The translations under genes were made by a program, and so were the position numbers. Below are positions 11,943 to 25,749 of a stretch of 64,000 bases of DNA, one piece after another; position 1 is the first letter of the stretch, and the number at the start of each line of letters is the position of its first letter. The notes under the pieces were generated by a model that saw only the letters and a program-made list of their open reading frames with translations, was not told where the DNA came from and did no database searches. Source of the DNA: Camelus dromedarius (lineage: Eukaryota); assembly GCF_036321535.1 (NCBI RefSeq), contig NC_087447.1, forward strand, positions 40,178,001 through 40,242,000, given 5' to 3'.

Positions 11943-13914
11943 AAAATCAGATCATGCCTTTACCCCAAATCAGGATGCACACAGAGGCTGACTTAAGTGT
12001 CATAGCCATTATTTACTGAAACATTGTCTTGGGGCTTTACGTATATTCTTATTAAATGAGGCAGAAACTAATTTAAGAGATAGAAACTATTTTATCTTCC
12101 CATTTCTGTTGAGGACACTGAAGTTAAGGTCCCATTGCTCAAAGACATGCATCCGGTAAGAGGTAAAGCTAAATTTCAAACCCAGACCTGCCCAAATCTG
12201 GGACCCAACCTATTAACCACCACTCTTGCTTAAGTTTACCTGGAATTATATCAAATTAGTATGTACACAGATTGTCTGCGGCTGATTAGAAATGCTGATG
12301 GGCAGTGCAGTGCCTTTGGGCTTGTCAAAGTGAAGGGAAGATATTATTATCTAATATGTATAATATATGGGGCTTTTCTCATATTTACCATTGAAATAGC
12401 AAGGCTCAGATAGAAGCAACAACTTCAGATGTGACAAAGCCAGAAGTGAGATCAAATCTTGACACTTCCCAAGGGAAAATCCGTTTGGTTAATTGCACCT
12501 TGATCCATCTCCTGGGGGTGGGATATACACATTCGGTACCCATCCCACAGAAGACGACTGTATAGGAAAGTCTCATATCCAGATAGGATCACCATCTCAG
12601 AAGACAAACCTCAGAGTATTTATGTTTAGAAACCTTCCCCAGCAAAGGAGCTTTAAGGCCTCACAGATAATAGGAGAAAGGTGAGTCCTTTCCAGGTCCA
12701 AGAAACCCTTCTCACTAGTGCAATGTAGTTTTGACTCCGCTTGCAGCTGCCATAAAGTGGTAAGCAACTTACTCAGCAGCTCCTGATAACTTCCAAGCAG
12801 GTCACCTTACACTATAAAACGGTTTGTAATTAAAATGTTTTCAGAACTGTGAATAGATCACAGTGTCTAGACATTGGGAGATGCCAATCTTACACCATCC
12901 TGCCCACCCATGACTACAACCCACCAAAGAACATGTTATATTTTCTTTATCAGAGCATCTTTAAGGGCATGTTTCTGGAAAGCCTCTCCTCACAGCCTGC
13001 TGGGAGCTGCTTGGGAATTCTTTCTGCCACCAAGAGGAAGGCATGCCTGGGCACTGAGGGTACCTGCTCTCTGGAGGCAGGCCTGGACCAGCAGCATGAC
13101 TGTGGCATCATTCCTCAGGCTGGCTGAGAAGTCCACATATGAAAGGTGGGACTTCCAAGATCCAGGTATATCACATCATGGCTGTAACCCTCCAGGTAGA
13201 ACAAAGTGCTACCCCAGCTTAATTCCTGGGTGGGGGTTGGGGTAAAGGGCAGCAGTTGGGTAGGTGAGGACATGGCTTAAGCTATTAAAAGGAAAATAAG
13301 GCATTTGGAAACCACCATCCTAGCTCCCTGTAGTACCTGATCCTACCCATGAAGCAAGGAGACAAGGATATCTATCATTCATTTGTTCATTCATTCATTC
13401 AGAAAAGACTCAAGGAACACTTTTTTTTAGGCATCATGTTGGGTACCAGGGAAATGGATTAGGAGATGGACATGTCGCATTTTCTGCCCACAGGTACCCC
13501 CACCTCAGTGAAAACAAAACACCACTGAGAGTTCCTGAGCAAAATAGAGTTCACCAACCACACACACAGAGGGAAGGGGAAAGAGCAGAGGCAGGGACCC
13601 CTTAGGCTGGGTGAAGAGGTCCTGCTAGGTAGGAACGGAGAGGAGGGTGGTGGAGACTAAGAGATTATAAACTCAGGTGAAGGGGGAGAAGGAGGAAGTG
13701 AAACTGACTCAGATGCTAAGACTGGGAGGGTGGTGCCACTGTGAGCTAAGATTGAAAGTCAGGAAGAATACATTTAGGGAGTGGGAGGGAAGAAGAAGAG
13801 TGAAATTACGAATTTAGTTTTCATGTTGTTTAGTGTCAGGTATCGTAGAGAAATCCAGAAGGCATGTAGAAATCCTAATAGTTGATCCAGAGAGTAAAAG
13901 AAACAGGTTTTTAA

Positions 13915-14110
13915 AACAATAATAGTAACTTCTATTTTGCGGTGGTTTACCATGTGTCAGGTATGGTACATAACAATCTCATTTAATCCTAACTAGAAAC
14001 CTATAATGTAGGTATTATGATGCCCATTTTACAGATGAGGAAATCGAGGCTCTGAAATGTTAAGTAACCTACCTGGTTGCAGGCATCTGACTCTGGCCAT
14101 TTATGCTCTT
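13915..14110 (-). mobile_element. MIR SINE
   Basis: tctcatttaatcct...cccattttacagatgaggaaatcgaggctctgaaatgttaagtaacct. Confidence 0.85.
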
Positions 14111-14180
14111 TCTGCTATGCCCTAGAGCCTCTGATTTTGGAGTCACTGTCCATAAGAGAAGACTACGTCTTCCCAAGTAA

Positions 14181-14708
14181 GAGTGTCCAATAGAACTGGG
14201 TTTCTCGGCTTTGGCATGATGGATTTTGGGGGCTGGATCACTTTTTGTGGTTGGGGTACTGTCTTGTGAATCGCAGGATGTTTGGCAGCATCCCTGGCCT
14301 CTCCCAACTACACTGTAGTATTACTCCCCTCCCCAGAGCATGACAATCAAAAATGTCTCTATCACCAAATGTCCCTGGGGAGAAAAAACTGCCACCAGAT
14401 TAAGAACCACTGCAACGGAAATATAATGTGGGCCATATATGTAATTTTAAATTTTCAAGTAGTCATATTTTTTTGAAAAAGAAAAAAAATGGTTAAAATT
14501 AATGTTAATATTTTATTTAGTTCAATCTATCCAAAATATTATCATTCCAACATGTAATTCATATAAAAAGTACTGATGAGTTATCATGTAGTCTTTTTTT
14601 CATAGTAAGTCTTTGAAATCAGCTGTGTATTTTACACTTATAGCACATCTCAATTTGGACTTGCCACAAAAGCCCTGTGGCTAGTGGCACCCGTACTGGA
14701 CAGCACAG
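14181..14708 (+). mobile_element. MER33 (hAT-Charlie) interrupted near its 5' end by MER20
   Basis: gtgtccaataga|...|aatataatgtgggccatatatgtaattttaaatttt...gtggctagtggcacccgtactggacagcacag. Confidence 0.8.
14196..14412 (+). mobile_element. MER20 (hAT-Charlie), essentially full length, nested in MER33
   Basis: caggatgtttggcagcatccctggcctctccc...gacaatcaaaaatgtctct...aagaaccactg; degenerate 8-bp TSD caatagaa (14188-14195) / caacggaa (14413-14420). Confidence 0.85.
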
Positions 14709-15061
14709 ATAAAGACAGGGCTCACTCACCCACTTTTATAAACCGTGGAGACAGAGGAACAGAATGCAACACCAAACAATAGTCAGAGGGCGTAGCAGAC
14801 AACTTCTGGGGATACTGGCAGCTCAAGCTTTCCTTTCCCATCTGATAACTGCCCCTACCCACCAGCCACCCACCTACCTCATGGGATGGGATAGGGCAAG
14901 TGGGAAGTGCAGACAGGTACCTGGTAAAGAGAGGTGGAGGGGAAACCAGAGAGAGCCCAGGGGAGTGGGCCCTGGGAAGCCCACCCACACAGACAATGGG
15001 AGTTCCTGAGGCTTTCAGGGAGGCAGCCACCAGAGGAGTAAGGCAGATACAGACAACTCAT

Positions 15062-15334
15062 CCATAATTGGGACACGCCAAGTCACCTCTGCTAGCAGCT
15101 GCTGATGCATGGCTGATTCCAGCCCAAGTAACCACTGAAACAAAGCCCTCAAAACCACAGCATCTGAGTCAGTCTCGAGTCAGATGCAGAGAAACCAAGG
15201 TCCTCGTCTGGGACTACTCAGTAACGATCAACACGTCTTTGGGGTAATTCAAACAGAAGTGCTGGGGGCTTGCTGCTGTCTGGACTTCATTTATTCACTC
15301 ATTAGGCTACTGCTACCCTGAGGGGAGCATTCCT
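15062..15334. promoter_or_regulatory. Candidate intronic enhancer: CArG + RUNX + AP-1 + TEAD motifs
   Basis: CCATAATTGG 15062-15071, AACCACA 15153-15159, TGAGTCA 15165-15171, GCATTCCT 15327-15334; motif evidence only. Confidence 0.35.
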
Positions 15335-16223
15335 GTCCCCACTGTACAGATGGAAACAAAGGACCATACCACACCACTCATTATTTAAAGAGAAGAAACT
15401 TCACTGAATCACAGAATTCAAAAATAAACCTTAGACATGGTCCCTCCTTGAATATGAAATCAGTTAACTCAATATTTTATACAAGGAACAAGAAACAAAA
15501 AACCCTTTACAATTAAAAAGCAAACAGCTCCATGGGGGTAAAGAAAGGAAGATCAATGGGGCAGGCAGAGGACAGAGGAAGACAAACAAAGGGACAAGGG
15601 GAGATTCCCTGGGGAGGAGAGCAAAGGGGGCCAGCAGAGCTGATGGAGGCAGGGGGAGCAGGAGCCTCGGGCAGAGGTGGGGGACTTGCCATCCACCTGC
15701 ACCCTCCCAGCCTTGGTTCTGCATAGGTCATCACTGCTCTCTCAGTTCTCTGAGGAGAAACACTGCTCACCCCTCAGAGGCTCCACTTGATAAGAATTAG
15801 CACGATGGTGGACCAGGGATCCCATCAGGTCACCTTGAGAACAGGTAGAAGAGAGCAGCCTGGGTGCCCACAGCCTGGCTGCCCACAGGCCCTGGGGCTT
15901 GAGCCTCTCCTGCCCGGCAAACCTCACCTTCTGAGTCAGCAGCTCTAGAAGAGAACCTTCCCTTAGCTGATGTCCCAGGGGTGGGGGGTGAGATGAGGGT
16001 TCCCGTCACCTGCACCAGGTATCTCTTAACTGCCCAGCACAGCACTGTCAGAGCCAATCAGCTCCCATTCTCCGTATTCCCACGCGGCGCCATGCCGGCA
16101 AGAGACACATCCCTGTACTATCTCCCCCAGCTGGGGCTGCCATCCTCATTTTGCAGACGGTAAACTGAGGCCCAGAGACTACAAGCCCACCTGGGTTCTT
16201 TCTACTACATAACAGGCAGGATG

Positions 16224-16227
<4 letters not shown>

Positions 16228-16273
<46 letters not shown>
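16228..16273. repeat. (GT)23 microsatellite
   Basis: Perfect GT run. Confidence 0.98.
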
Positions 16274-16275
<2 letters not shown>

Positions 16276-18254
16276 TTAGTAACCTTAAAGGGGAAGGTTG
16301 TGCACAGTGTTTATACATATATGCAATGCATGTGAAGAGGGCTTTATAAATTATAAAACATTTTTACAAATGATAGTTATTATAAATGTATTTTCCATAC
16401 AGAGAGCAATTGTCCTCTAGATGAGTTTATGGACCTACTTACAGAGTTCTTTCTAGTCTGTTATTCAGCTAAGCACCACTCTACCCCTGTCTAAAAAAGA
16501 AAAAAAAAACCACATGTAACCTCTGCTTCATCCCTGTGTAGGCAAGGTCTTGTTTGTTTTTCAAAATCCACTTTGTAAGCACTGTAGAGGTCTTCCCTAC
16601 TTCCCACAGTTCCTAGCAAAAAGTGCAGGCCCCAGCTAATCTCATAAAGGAGAGCCTCCCCTGCATGCAGCTGGCTAGAGGGCCTCCACCTCCCTCCCAA
16701 GTAAAGAAAGGAAACCCCTGACGGGGCCAGGACCCAGGGCCTGAGTCAGAGCAACTGGGCTCACGTTCTAGCTCCAGGACTCCTGTGCTAAGCACCTACT
16801 ATGTGCCTGGGAGGCATTTGGTATATGTTAAAGGTGCAGAATTTCCACATCTTTGGTGGTATTTTGGAAATATGACTGCAGGTAGAGGTTGGGGTTCAAT
16901 TTGAAGCAGTTTAGGGTGTAGGGGTGTCATCCTGGTTTCCCCCAGGCTGCCAGAGGTCCAACAGCTTCCCCTTTTCACACACTATAGGGCTTGGACGCCC
17001 TGGCTGCCTCCCTAGGGAGAGCTGAGTATGGCCGTGCAGTCGGAGAACAGGAAGAACCAGCCTTGGGAGCGGCGGTGCTCCTGCAGCCCGGGGTGCTCCT
17101 CTGCGGAACTGTCCCTGTGACATCTGCACATGGCAGAGAGCTGTCAGGAGGCTCAGAGTCCAGCATAGCCAGGGAAGGCTCAGAGATGGCCAGCCTCTGT
17201 CATGTGGACTGGAGGGAAGCAGACGAGACTTAACAAGAGGAAAGGAGGCAGGCGAGGAAGGTCTTCAGTGTGGGAAAGTGCTCTGGAACCGGCAAAGCGA
17301 GGCATAGCTCTTCACTGTTCCCTCCGGCACAGATAATGGTGAGGGTTTTTATTCCAGCAGAGATCGTTTATGGAGGGCTTGCTGCTTTATCTCCAGCCTC
17401 TGGAACACGGCCACTGTGCCCCAGAATATATGTATGTGTTGAATGGAAGCCAACCATTGCTGTGAGCCCTTCACCAACACCTCGTGCAAACAGGAGTCGT
17501 CTTGGGAGAGGGAGGTGAGGAGCCCTCCGGGGCCTTCAGCCTTTTGATAACTTTCTAGGCCACACGAGCCTTGCTTTCTCCCCTCCTGCTCTGTAAATGC
17601 CTAAGGCAGAGAGATTGAGGAATACACGGCTCACTGGGGAGGTTCTGAGCAACTAGAGGCTGAGAGATGGAGGTCACCTCACCCACACCTGACGCCTGAT
17701 GGCAGAACTGAAAACTACAGGGCCTGGTGTGGGTTGGTTACCACAGTTGCTATTAACCACCAAAGTAAACTCCACCCCACCCCCTCCCCCAGCAGACTGA
17801 AGAGAGGGATCCCTGAAGTCATTCCTCCAAGCTTGTTCTTATGTCAGTAAAAATACAGAAAGGCTTGGTTTCCTACGTCTGGAATCTATTTGTGAAACAT
17901 CTCAGACAGCCAGACAATTTCATCACAAAACCCAAATATCAGACATTCTCTGAGACAGATAATAGGGCAGGACACTCAGGAGCAGGGTGCCCTGCAGACA
18001 GACTGGAGGCTGGCACTGTCCCGGGTTCACCTCTCTCCCAGGCTGGAATTTTGGGCTGGAATTTCAGAGATGCCGAGGAGCACCAACTCTGCAGCCTCCA
18101 TAGGCAGGTAAGTCCAGTGGTTGAGGCCCGTGGAGGAGGATATAGACACCCGTACTTAACCACTGTGGGAAAAGTGAACAAGGAGCAGCAACCAGGGCAG
18201 GGAGGCAGCCAGGGATAAAGACCCCTGCCGCTCAGATCCCGTTCACACTGACAA

Positions 18255-18480
18255 TCAGTAATAATGACCAAGGCAATAACCTTACTCTGCATCCTGCACT
18301 GTTCTAAGTGCTTACACATGTTAATTTATGCACGTCTCACAATCACCCTGGGAGCTGAGTACTGTTATCATCCCCATATTACAGCTAAGGAATTGGAGGA
18401 ACAGAGATGTTAAGATGCTGAAGGTCACAGAGCTAACAGTGAGATGCAAACCCAGGTTGGTCTGACCCTAAAGAACCTGC
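18255..18480 (-). mobile_element. MIR SINE
   Basis: gcactgttctaagtgcttacacatgttaa...aaggtcacagagctaacagt. Confidence 0.8.
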
Positions 18481-19980
18481 TCTTAGGAATGGCACCACAC
18501 CCACACCACTGTTTCACTTCTTGGCATGAAGAAGTGAGAGCCTGGGGGGCAGTCTATCTCAGTGGAGCCCTTGGGGTCCCTAACTCTCCCACATGGGAGG
18601 GCAGGAAGGTCCCTCTCACCTCAACAGTCCCCAGCCAGCATCTTACCAGTGATATTTAAGTGACAAGACACACACCGTCCCCTCCTGGCTCAGCTCAGTC
18701 TCAGAAACGCCATCACACTCAATTCTCTTGCAGGCCAATGAGAAGCAGAGGTGGTTAGTTCCGGGCTCTGAGCTGGAGTTGTGGCCCCGAGCTGGGCTGG
18801 AACAGGGAGGAGGACATACAGAGTGTGGACGGTGGTCCACCCCCACTGGGCTCCAAATGGGTGCCCATCAGCTGAGACTCTAGCAATCATTTTAACAAAT
18901 ATTGCAGTGATCAGCCAGGCACACCATACATTTTCACCTACTCTGAAAATTGAGTTGGAATAGAACATGGTTCCAGGGCCCAGGAGAGTTAAGCAACCAA
19001 AAAGCAAAAACCACAACACATATCACCTAAGCCCGGTGACCATAAAGCCTTTTCCGATTCAAAGCTTAATTAAGAAAAACAAAAACCAAAAAAAGGAGCA
19101 GGATATGGTTCTGTGATTGCATCGAGCCACTTCCCCCCCATACTCCTGACTTCCTGCACAAAGAAGCATTCAGTCACCTTAGCACCTTCTCACCAAGAAA
19201 ACAATAGGCTACATTTTTTCCATCTAAGAACAGTCGGCTTGAAACAACAGATGGAGAAGCAGCGAGAGTGGGCGTGGGTCTGCTGCACCCCAAGGATGCT
19301 GATTAATGGGTTTCCCAGGTCTGCTATCAGCTGTCCCAGACACAAGCGCAGAGAATGCTCCCAGAACATGTTATACCGAAGGCCCTCTCACAGGCACTCG
19401 AGGGAGCAGCTCGGCCTACGCGTTCCCAGCCCATGAGCTCAGGCTGGAGGGGAGCCAGGGAAAGCCAAGGTGGACAGGGGAAGGACCAGGCAAAGTCTGA
19501 GGACTCAGGTTATCCCGGCTGCTCCAGGAAAGGAGACCTTGGAGCCATGGGTCACAAAGACACCAGCTCCAACTCAACAACACTGGACTATCTGGCTTGG
19601 CCTTGATTACAAGAAAGACACAACAAATTTAAGAAAGATCTTACAGAGAACTCCTACTAAAACCCCTCATATCACACAAGAGGAAACAGAGCAGGAAGAA
19701 AGAGGGGAATTGACATTTTTGAGGACTTCCTATACACTAGAAATGATTCTTTATGTGTGTGTTAAAGCCAGTAAGGTATGTTTTAGTATTGCTGCTTTAC
19801 AAATGAGGTAATTGGGACTCAAACAACTAAAGTAATTGACCCAGGGTCATAAACGAGTAAGGGGAGGAGCAGAGATCTGAACTAGGTCCCTCCCAGACTC
19901 TTCCCAGCACCCCTGCTGCTGCACACAGGCAGGCCCCACTCAGCTCTTGGCCCCTAGTTTCCAGGTCTGGTACATCAGAT

Positions 19981-20378
19981 CAGGGGTCCTTGACCATTTC
20001 CATGCCCTGGGTCACTCTGGAAACCCAGTGAAGCTTGTGGAAACCTTCTCAGAATTATATCTCTAAATGCACAAAATAAAATGACACATTGAACATATCT
20101 AATAATATATTAAATGATAAGATCTAGCTGAGGGTCTAAGACCTTACATAATTTCCAAATAGTAGTAAGTGTAAACAGAGATTGAGATGTCCACAACTGC
20201 AGGGAAAAATTAAAATATCTATGACTTCTCCTGGTGACGGATCACAGGCATGCCTAATGTAGGTTTGCTGCCTACATTCATGATTGGGGGAAATGTTACA
20301 TTTCAGTTAGAAGTTAGTGAAAATAAAGATTTTTATCCCATCCAAGTTCACAGATTCCTGAAGATTAAAAAACCTCTT
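19981..20378 (+). mobile_element. MER119-like hAT-Charlie DNA transposon remnant
   Basis: caggggtccttgacc...gtgaagcttgtggaaaccttctcagaat...tttcagttagaagttagtgaaaataaagat...ccatccaagttcacaga. Confidence 0.7.
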
Positions 20379-20384
20379 AAGAGA

Positions 20385-21303
20385 TGGAAAACAAGCATAT
20401 GAAAAGAGGTTCCACATCATATGTCGTCAGGAAAATGCAAATGAAAATAACAAGGAGATACTACTGCACATCTATTAGAAAGGCCAAAATCCAGAACACT
20501 GACAACACCAAACGCTGGTGAGGATGTGGAGCAATAGGAACTCTCATTCAGGGCTGGCAGGAATACAATGTGGTACAGCCACTTTAGAAGACAGTTTAGT
20601 GATTTCTTACAAAACTAAACACACTCCTACCATACAATCCAGCAATCAAGCTCCTTGGTTATTTACTTTCACATTGAAAACTTACGTCCCAAAACCTGTA
20701 CATGAATGTTTATAGAAGCTTTATTCATTACTGCAAAACTGGATATCCTTCATTAGGTCAATGGATAAATAAACTGTGGTATATCCAGACAATGGAATAT
20801 TATTTAGCACTAAAAAGAAGTGAGCTACCAAGCCATGAAAAGGCATGGAGGCAGCTTAAACACATATTTCCAAGTGAAAGAAGCCAGTCTGAAAAGGCTA
20901 CATACTGTGTGATTCCCACTATATTGCATTCTGGAAAAGAAATATCAAAAAACTATGATGACAGTTAAAAAGATTAGGATAGGGTGGGGTGAAAGGTAGA
21001 ATGAATAACTGGAGCACAGAGGATTTTTAGGGCAGTAAAAAGACATGTGACATTATACATTTGCCCAAGCCCAGACGTACACCACCAAGAGTGAACCCTA
21101 AGGTAAACTGTGGACTTTGGATGATTATGATGTGTCATCACATCAGAGGGTCATCCCCTGTTATAATGACCCACTCTGGTGCAGGATGTTGACAGGGGAG
21201 CTTACGCATGTGTGGGGGCAGGGAGTATAAGGGAAATCTCTATATCTTCCCCTCAATTTTGTTGTGAACCAAAAAATGCTCTAAGAAAATAAAGAAAAAA
21301 AAG
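20385..21303 (+). mobile_element. L1 (L1MC-like) 3' end with A-rich tail
   Basis: tggtgaggatgtggagcaataggaactctcatt...gagtgaaccctaaggtaaactgtggactttgg...caattttgttgtgaacc...aaaataaag. Confidence 0.9.
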
Positions 21304-23499
21304 ATGCAACCACAAAAAAACAAACAAAACTCATACCACACTAGCACGGCCACAAATCCTCAGCATGGGCAACAGTTGTCAACCCTTTCCTTAAATCTAT
21401 AGAGCAGAATAGTAACAGTGAGCATTTGCTGGTTGGTTATAATGTTGCGGGCCCCTGCTAAGGTGACTCATTTCCTTACAACTCTTTGAACTGCCTAAAT
21501 ACTACCTTCATTTTACAGATTAAAGTCTTATGGTTTCAAAGTTGAGTCTTAAAGCAAATTGGACACATCTATCTACCCCATGTCAAGTTTCTGGATTATT
21601 ATGATTAGAGAGATTGCAAAACAAGCTGTTAAAAACTATTTCACTCAAAACCCTATTTTCAATCTGTGTAAACAAAATAAATTAGATTCTAAAGTTGACG
21701 TAAGGTTGCAAGTGCCATCCTTAACTCCAAATTTCAAACTATTACATCCATCAAAAGAGCTTCATGGTATGAGCACATTACCTGAGACCCTCTCTCTAAT
21801 AAGCAATCACTCAAACGTGAAGCTCTAAAATCATAAATTCATAAATAGTAAAGCTGCTGTCTTCCTTAAATATTTCAGGCAAAGTTTCTTACAAAAATAA
21901 AGTAAGACTAATGCCTGAGTCATCTCTGTATCCTTAATATCCAATACTAAGTGTCAAAGTAACGATGTAGTTGGAGATACAAAGGATTTTACATCTTTCT
22001 GAGAGTCATTGTTTGTATTGAAGTTTTCAAACAAAAGTCAAACAACTGGCACTAACATCTGGGACCGCTGATTTTGAACATTCTTTCATTCTTCCATTTA
22101 TCCCTGTGAAATTCCAGGCAAGTCCTTTATCCCAATTAAGCATCAGTTTCCTTGTCTGTAAAGTAGGGATGATCATGCCAGCCCTTATTAGCTCACAGAG
22201 TTATTATGAGAATCAAATGAGATACTGGATATAAAATTGCTTTCCAGGCAGAAAGGATTTGTAGTATTGTGATGGATGGCTAAATTCTAACGAACGATGT
22301 CATTCGATATAATCTGGAGGGCTGGAGTAAATCTATAAGGGAAAAAGACAAGAGAATCCTGTAGCACAAGGCGGCATCATAAATCCATGCCACCACACCT
22401 GTCACTGAGTTCAGCAGCAGAAAAAATGGTCAGTGATTTACTCTTTATGGAAAACCTTCCTGCCAAGAATATATGAAAAGACAGGGAGAGTTTGGACCTG
22501 TCAATACTCAGGTTTACAATTCCTTGCAAAGGAACATAACCTACATCCTCCCCTCCCTTGAGGACCAGAGCTCATGGGCTATGCCTAGGCACCTCTCTAA
22601 GGAGAGGAGTTTCAGAGAGGGGGTGACCTACCATGTCCAATGTCTGAAAGAGGCCAAGTAGACAAGGATGCAAAGGTGGTCTTGGCTAATTCTGAGGCCC
22701 CTGGTGATGCGGAAAAAAGCATTTCTATTGGCACAGAAGAATGAAGCCAGGTTACAGCAGGTTGGGAATGAGAGGGAGGTGAAGCCATGGGAGGAATGAG
22801 AACAGAGATTACTTGCCCAGGAATCTGAGAAGAAGGAAAGAAGAAACAGAGCTGATGATACTGGTTTTCAGGAGAAGTAGGATGTCTGCTTAAAGGGAAG
22901 GGGCTGAAGGGTAGAGAAGGAGATAAAGGCTGGGGATAACTTAGACAGAAAACTGATGAGGCTTTCTTAACAGGCTGTCCCAGCAGCACAAAGATGCTCA
23001 GCACTGACTTATCATAACTTGGTACCGAGACCTTCCCTCCAGGCTCTGCCACTTTTTCCAACGAAACCAGGCAGCCTCAAGGACAAGATAAAGGAAGAGT
23101 TAGACTTAAGACAGGGCTGACTTGAAGTCAGGGCTTCAAGAAGCTGCTGAACACGACTGCAAAAACAGAACACCGCCTCCAGGATGGGCAAAAAATGGAG
23201 GTGTTGGCTGAGGATGGAAATCGGGTTTGGCAGAAGGTTTTGTGAGTGACGCAGTGAGAGAGAAGCAGCAGCTCAGAACTGTGGTTAGAGAGGACTACTT
23301 CAAAGGAGAGCTGAGGTGGAGCAGCTCCGGGTGGTGGCCAACTCCGAGGTGTGGCCCTGGGGATGGGGTCGCTGATTAAAGGTGGGAGGTTGGAGCTGCC
23401 GGAGCCACAGAGGCGAGGGCCTCCGAGGAGGGGGTGCTCTACAGGTTGGACTGAATGCTAGAACACTCGCCAAGGGCAGGGTGGTGACGAGACTGAGAG

Positions 23500-24200
23500 T
23501 GAAGAGGGAGTGTTGCCAGCATGGGGCATGTGAGAAGGGAGTTCTGGAACACAAGGTGGGCGAGCAGGAGACAGGCTGATCAGACAGGCACTGGGCCAGG
23601 CTGGGGGAGAACCTTCAATGCATAGGCCCTGGGGAGCCACGAACGTGAGCAAAGAGCCGCAATCAGATCTGTGCTTCGGACAGACAACTGCATGGGGGTC
23701 GGTAGCTGGGCTGGATGGGAGGAAAAGGCAAGAGAGTTCAGAGATGCGACTGCCATCACTTAGATAAGAGATTGCACTCCACCGAAGTGCAGGCAGTGGA
23801 AATGAAGAGAGGGAAAGGATATGAATAAAACTGCGAAGGAAGGTGCAGCAGGATCTGACAACTGGAGGCGGAAAGCAGATGCCAGTCCAAGAGGATGGCA
23901 GGGTTTTGAGCCTTCAGTATTTAGAGGAACAGAGGAAGAGAAGCAGGTTTCAGAAAGAAGACAGTGAATGTGATTTAAAGGTGCCCAAGGGGCCTCCTGA
24001 AGTTGTCCATAGGGCACTTAAGTGGGGTCAGGGGCTTAAGAGGGAGATAAGGGCCAGGGATACAAAAGTAGAGTCATCTTCATGGAGGGGTGGGGGTGAT
24101 AGCTGAGTGTAGCTGAGATTTCCCTGGGAAAGCACACCCAGCAGAAGCAAAAGGAGTCAGAGATGAGTCCTTGGAGGACACCGAGTATGCACTACAGAAA
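23500..24200 (-). mobile_element. Degenerate L2 fragment
   Basis: Purine-rich antisense L2 signature (gagataagggccagggatacaaaagtagagtcatc). Confidence 0.55.
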
Positions 24201-24499
24201 AGGAGAAAGTACATGAAGATGACTTTAAAAAAAATGGGTCGAAAAAGTTGTGTCACAAATGCAACAAGATAGTTTTAAGAAGGAGAGGAGGTAATTAACA
24301 ACTACCAGGCACTTGAAATGTATTTTACATGCATTTGGCACCTGAGCCCTAAGACATAACTATTATTATTCCCATTTCACAGATGAAAAAACAGAGGCTC
24401 CAAGAGGCAAGGACACACCAATTATTAAGCAGTGGAGCTGGTACCCAAAGAGAGTTCTTGGAATAAAACCTAAACTTGTTAAAATGGACTACATGAAAG

Positions 24500-24935
24500 G
24501 CCCTTCAGTGATGTGCCTCCTGTCTCCCCCGACCCCCATCTCCTACCACACCCCCCACTGCTCACTTCCCTCCAGCCCTCTCTTGGCTGCCTTGCTGTCT
24601 CTTCCAGCTGGCAGAAAGCTTTCTTACCTCAGGGCCTTTGCACTTGCTGTCCTCTCTGAATAACCAGCTCTCTGCCAGCTGGCTGCTTCTCATCTGGAGA
24701 TCTCAGCTTAAAGGTCACCTCCCAGGCACCCTGGTTAAAATCAACCCCTCTCCCCACTCCATCCTCTCTGCCACAATACCCTACTTATGTCCTTCTCGGG
24801 ATGATGCAACAAAATTATCTTTGTGTTTCTGTTCTCCCCAGATGAGACAGAAACCTCCATGGGGCCTTCTCTGCCGCCTTCCTCCTCCTCTCTGGTGCCC
24901 AGAGGCCTGACACTTAGATAGCAGTCCCTCAGTGA
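24500..24935 (+). mobile_element. L2 fragment
   Basis: cctcagggcctttgcacttgctgtcctctctg...atctcagcttaaaggtcacctccc. Confidence 0.75.
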
Positions 24936-25749
24936 GAGAGTAAAGGGTAACTTAATAAACCAACTCCTTCTCCGGTGGTGTTAGGTGCTGTGGCTAACTG
25001 GGAGGACTTTTTCCTTCCAGGAAGACTTTCAACCGAAATAGCCAGGTCTGCCCTAACCTGGGCAGCAAGGCTGGTCTCGGCCTGTCCCTAATCTGTTGGT
25101 CTGTGGTGAGAGAGCAAGCAGCTCTTCTAAGGCATGACGAGCACAGGATGCAATAAATTCTTGAGGCCTGAGACAGCTGTTGTTCACAGAAGGGAGAGAC
25201 CCCAGTCTACCTTTCCCTCCTTCATCGCCAAGGGTAAACAAGTCCTCCTGTGAGGAAGTCAGGTCATGTGATTCTGCTCAGCCACCTCCAGGGCCTTACA
25301 TCTCATTCAGAGTAAAAGACAAAGTCCCTCCTGTGGTGCTTTCTGGACCTAGATCTTACCACACGGGCCTGGCTCTTTCCAGCCACATTGGTCTCCCTGC
25401 TGTTTTGATGATATACCGAGCACATTCGCTTGTCAGCAACTCTGCACCTGAGGCTGTTCCCTTTGTCCAGAATCCTCTTTCCTCACAGAGCCACAAGCTC
25501 ATGCCTCACTCCTTCAGGTCTCTGCTTTCACAGGTGTTAATTACTAATAAACATCTTGCACTTCACCTTCTGAGAATCTGCTTTTGAAGAAAACCCACAA
25601 TAAATACCTACTGTTCATTAGGCATTATTCTAAGTGCTGGAATATCAGCAAAACCTATATAGATAAAAACTCCTGCCCCATGGAGCTTATTTATATTTTA
25701 ATGGGGTTTCTGGAAATACTTCTGTCTATGTGATAAAGCAATATATGTA

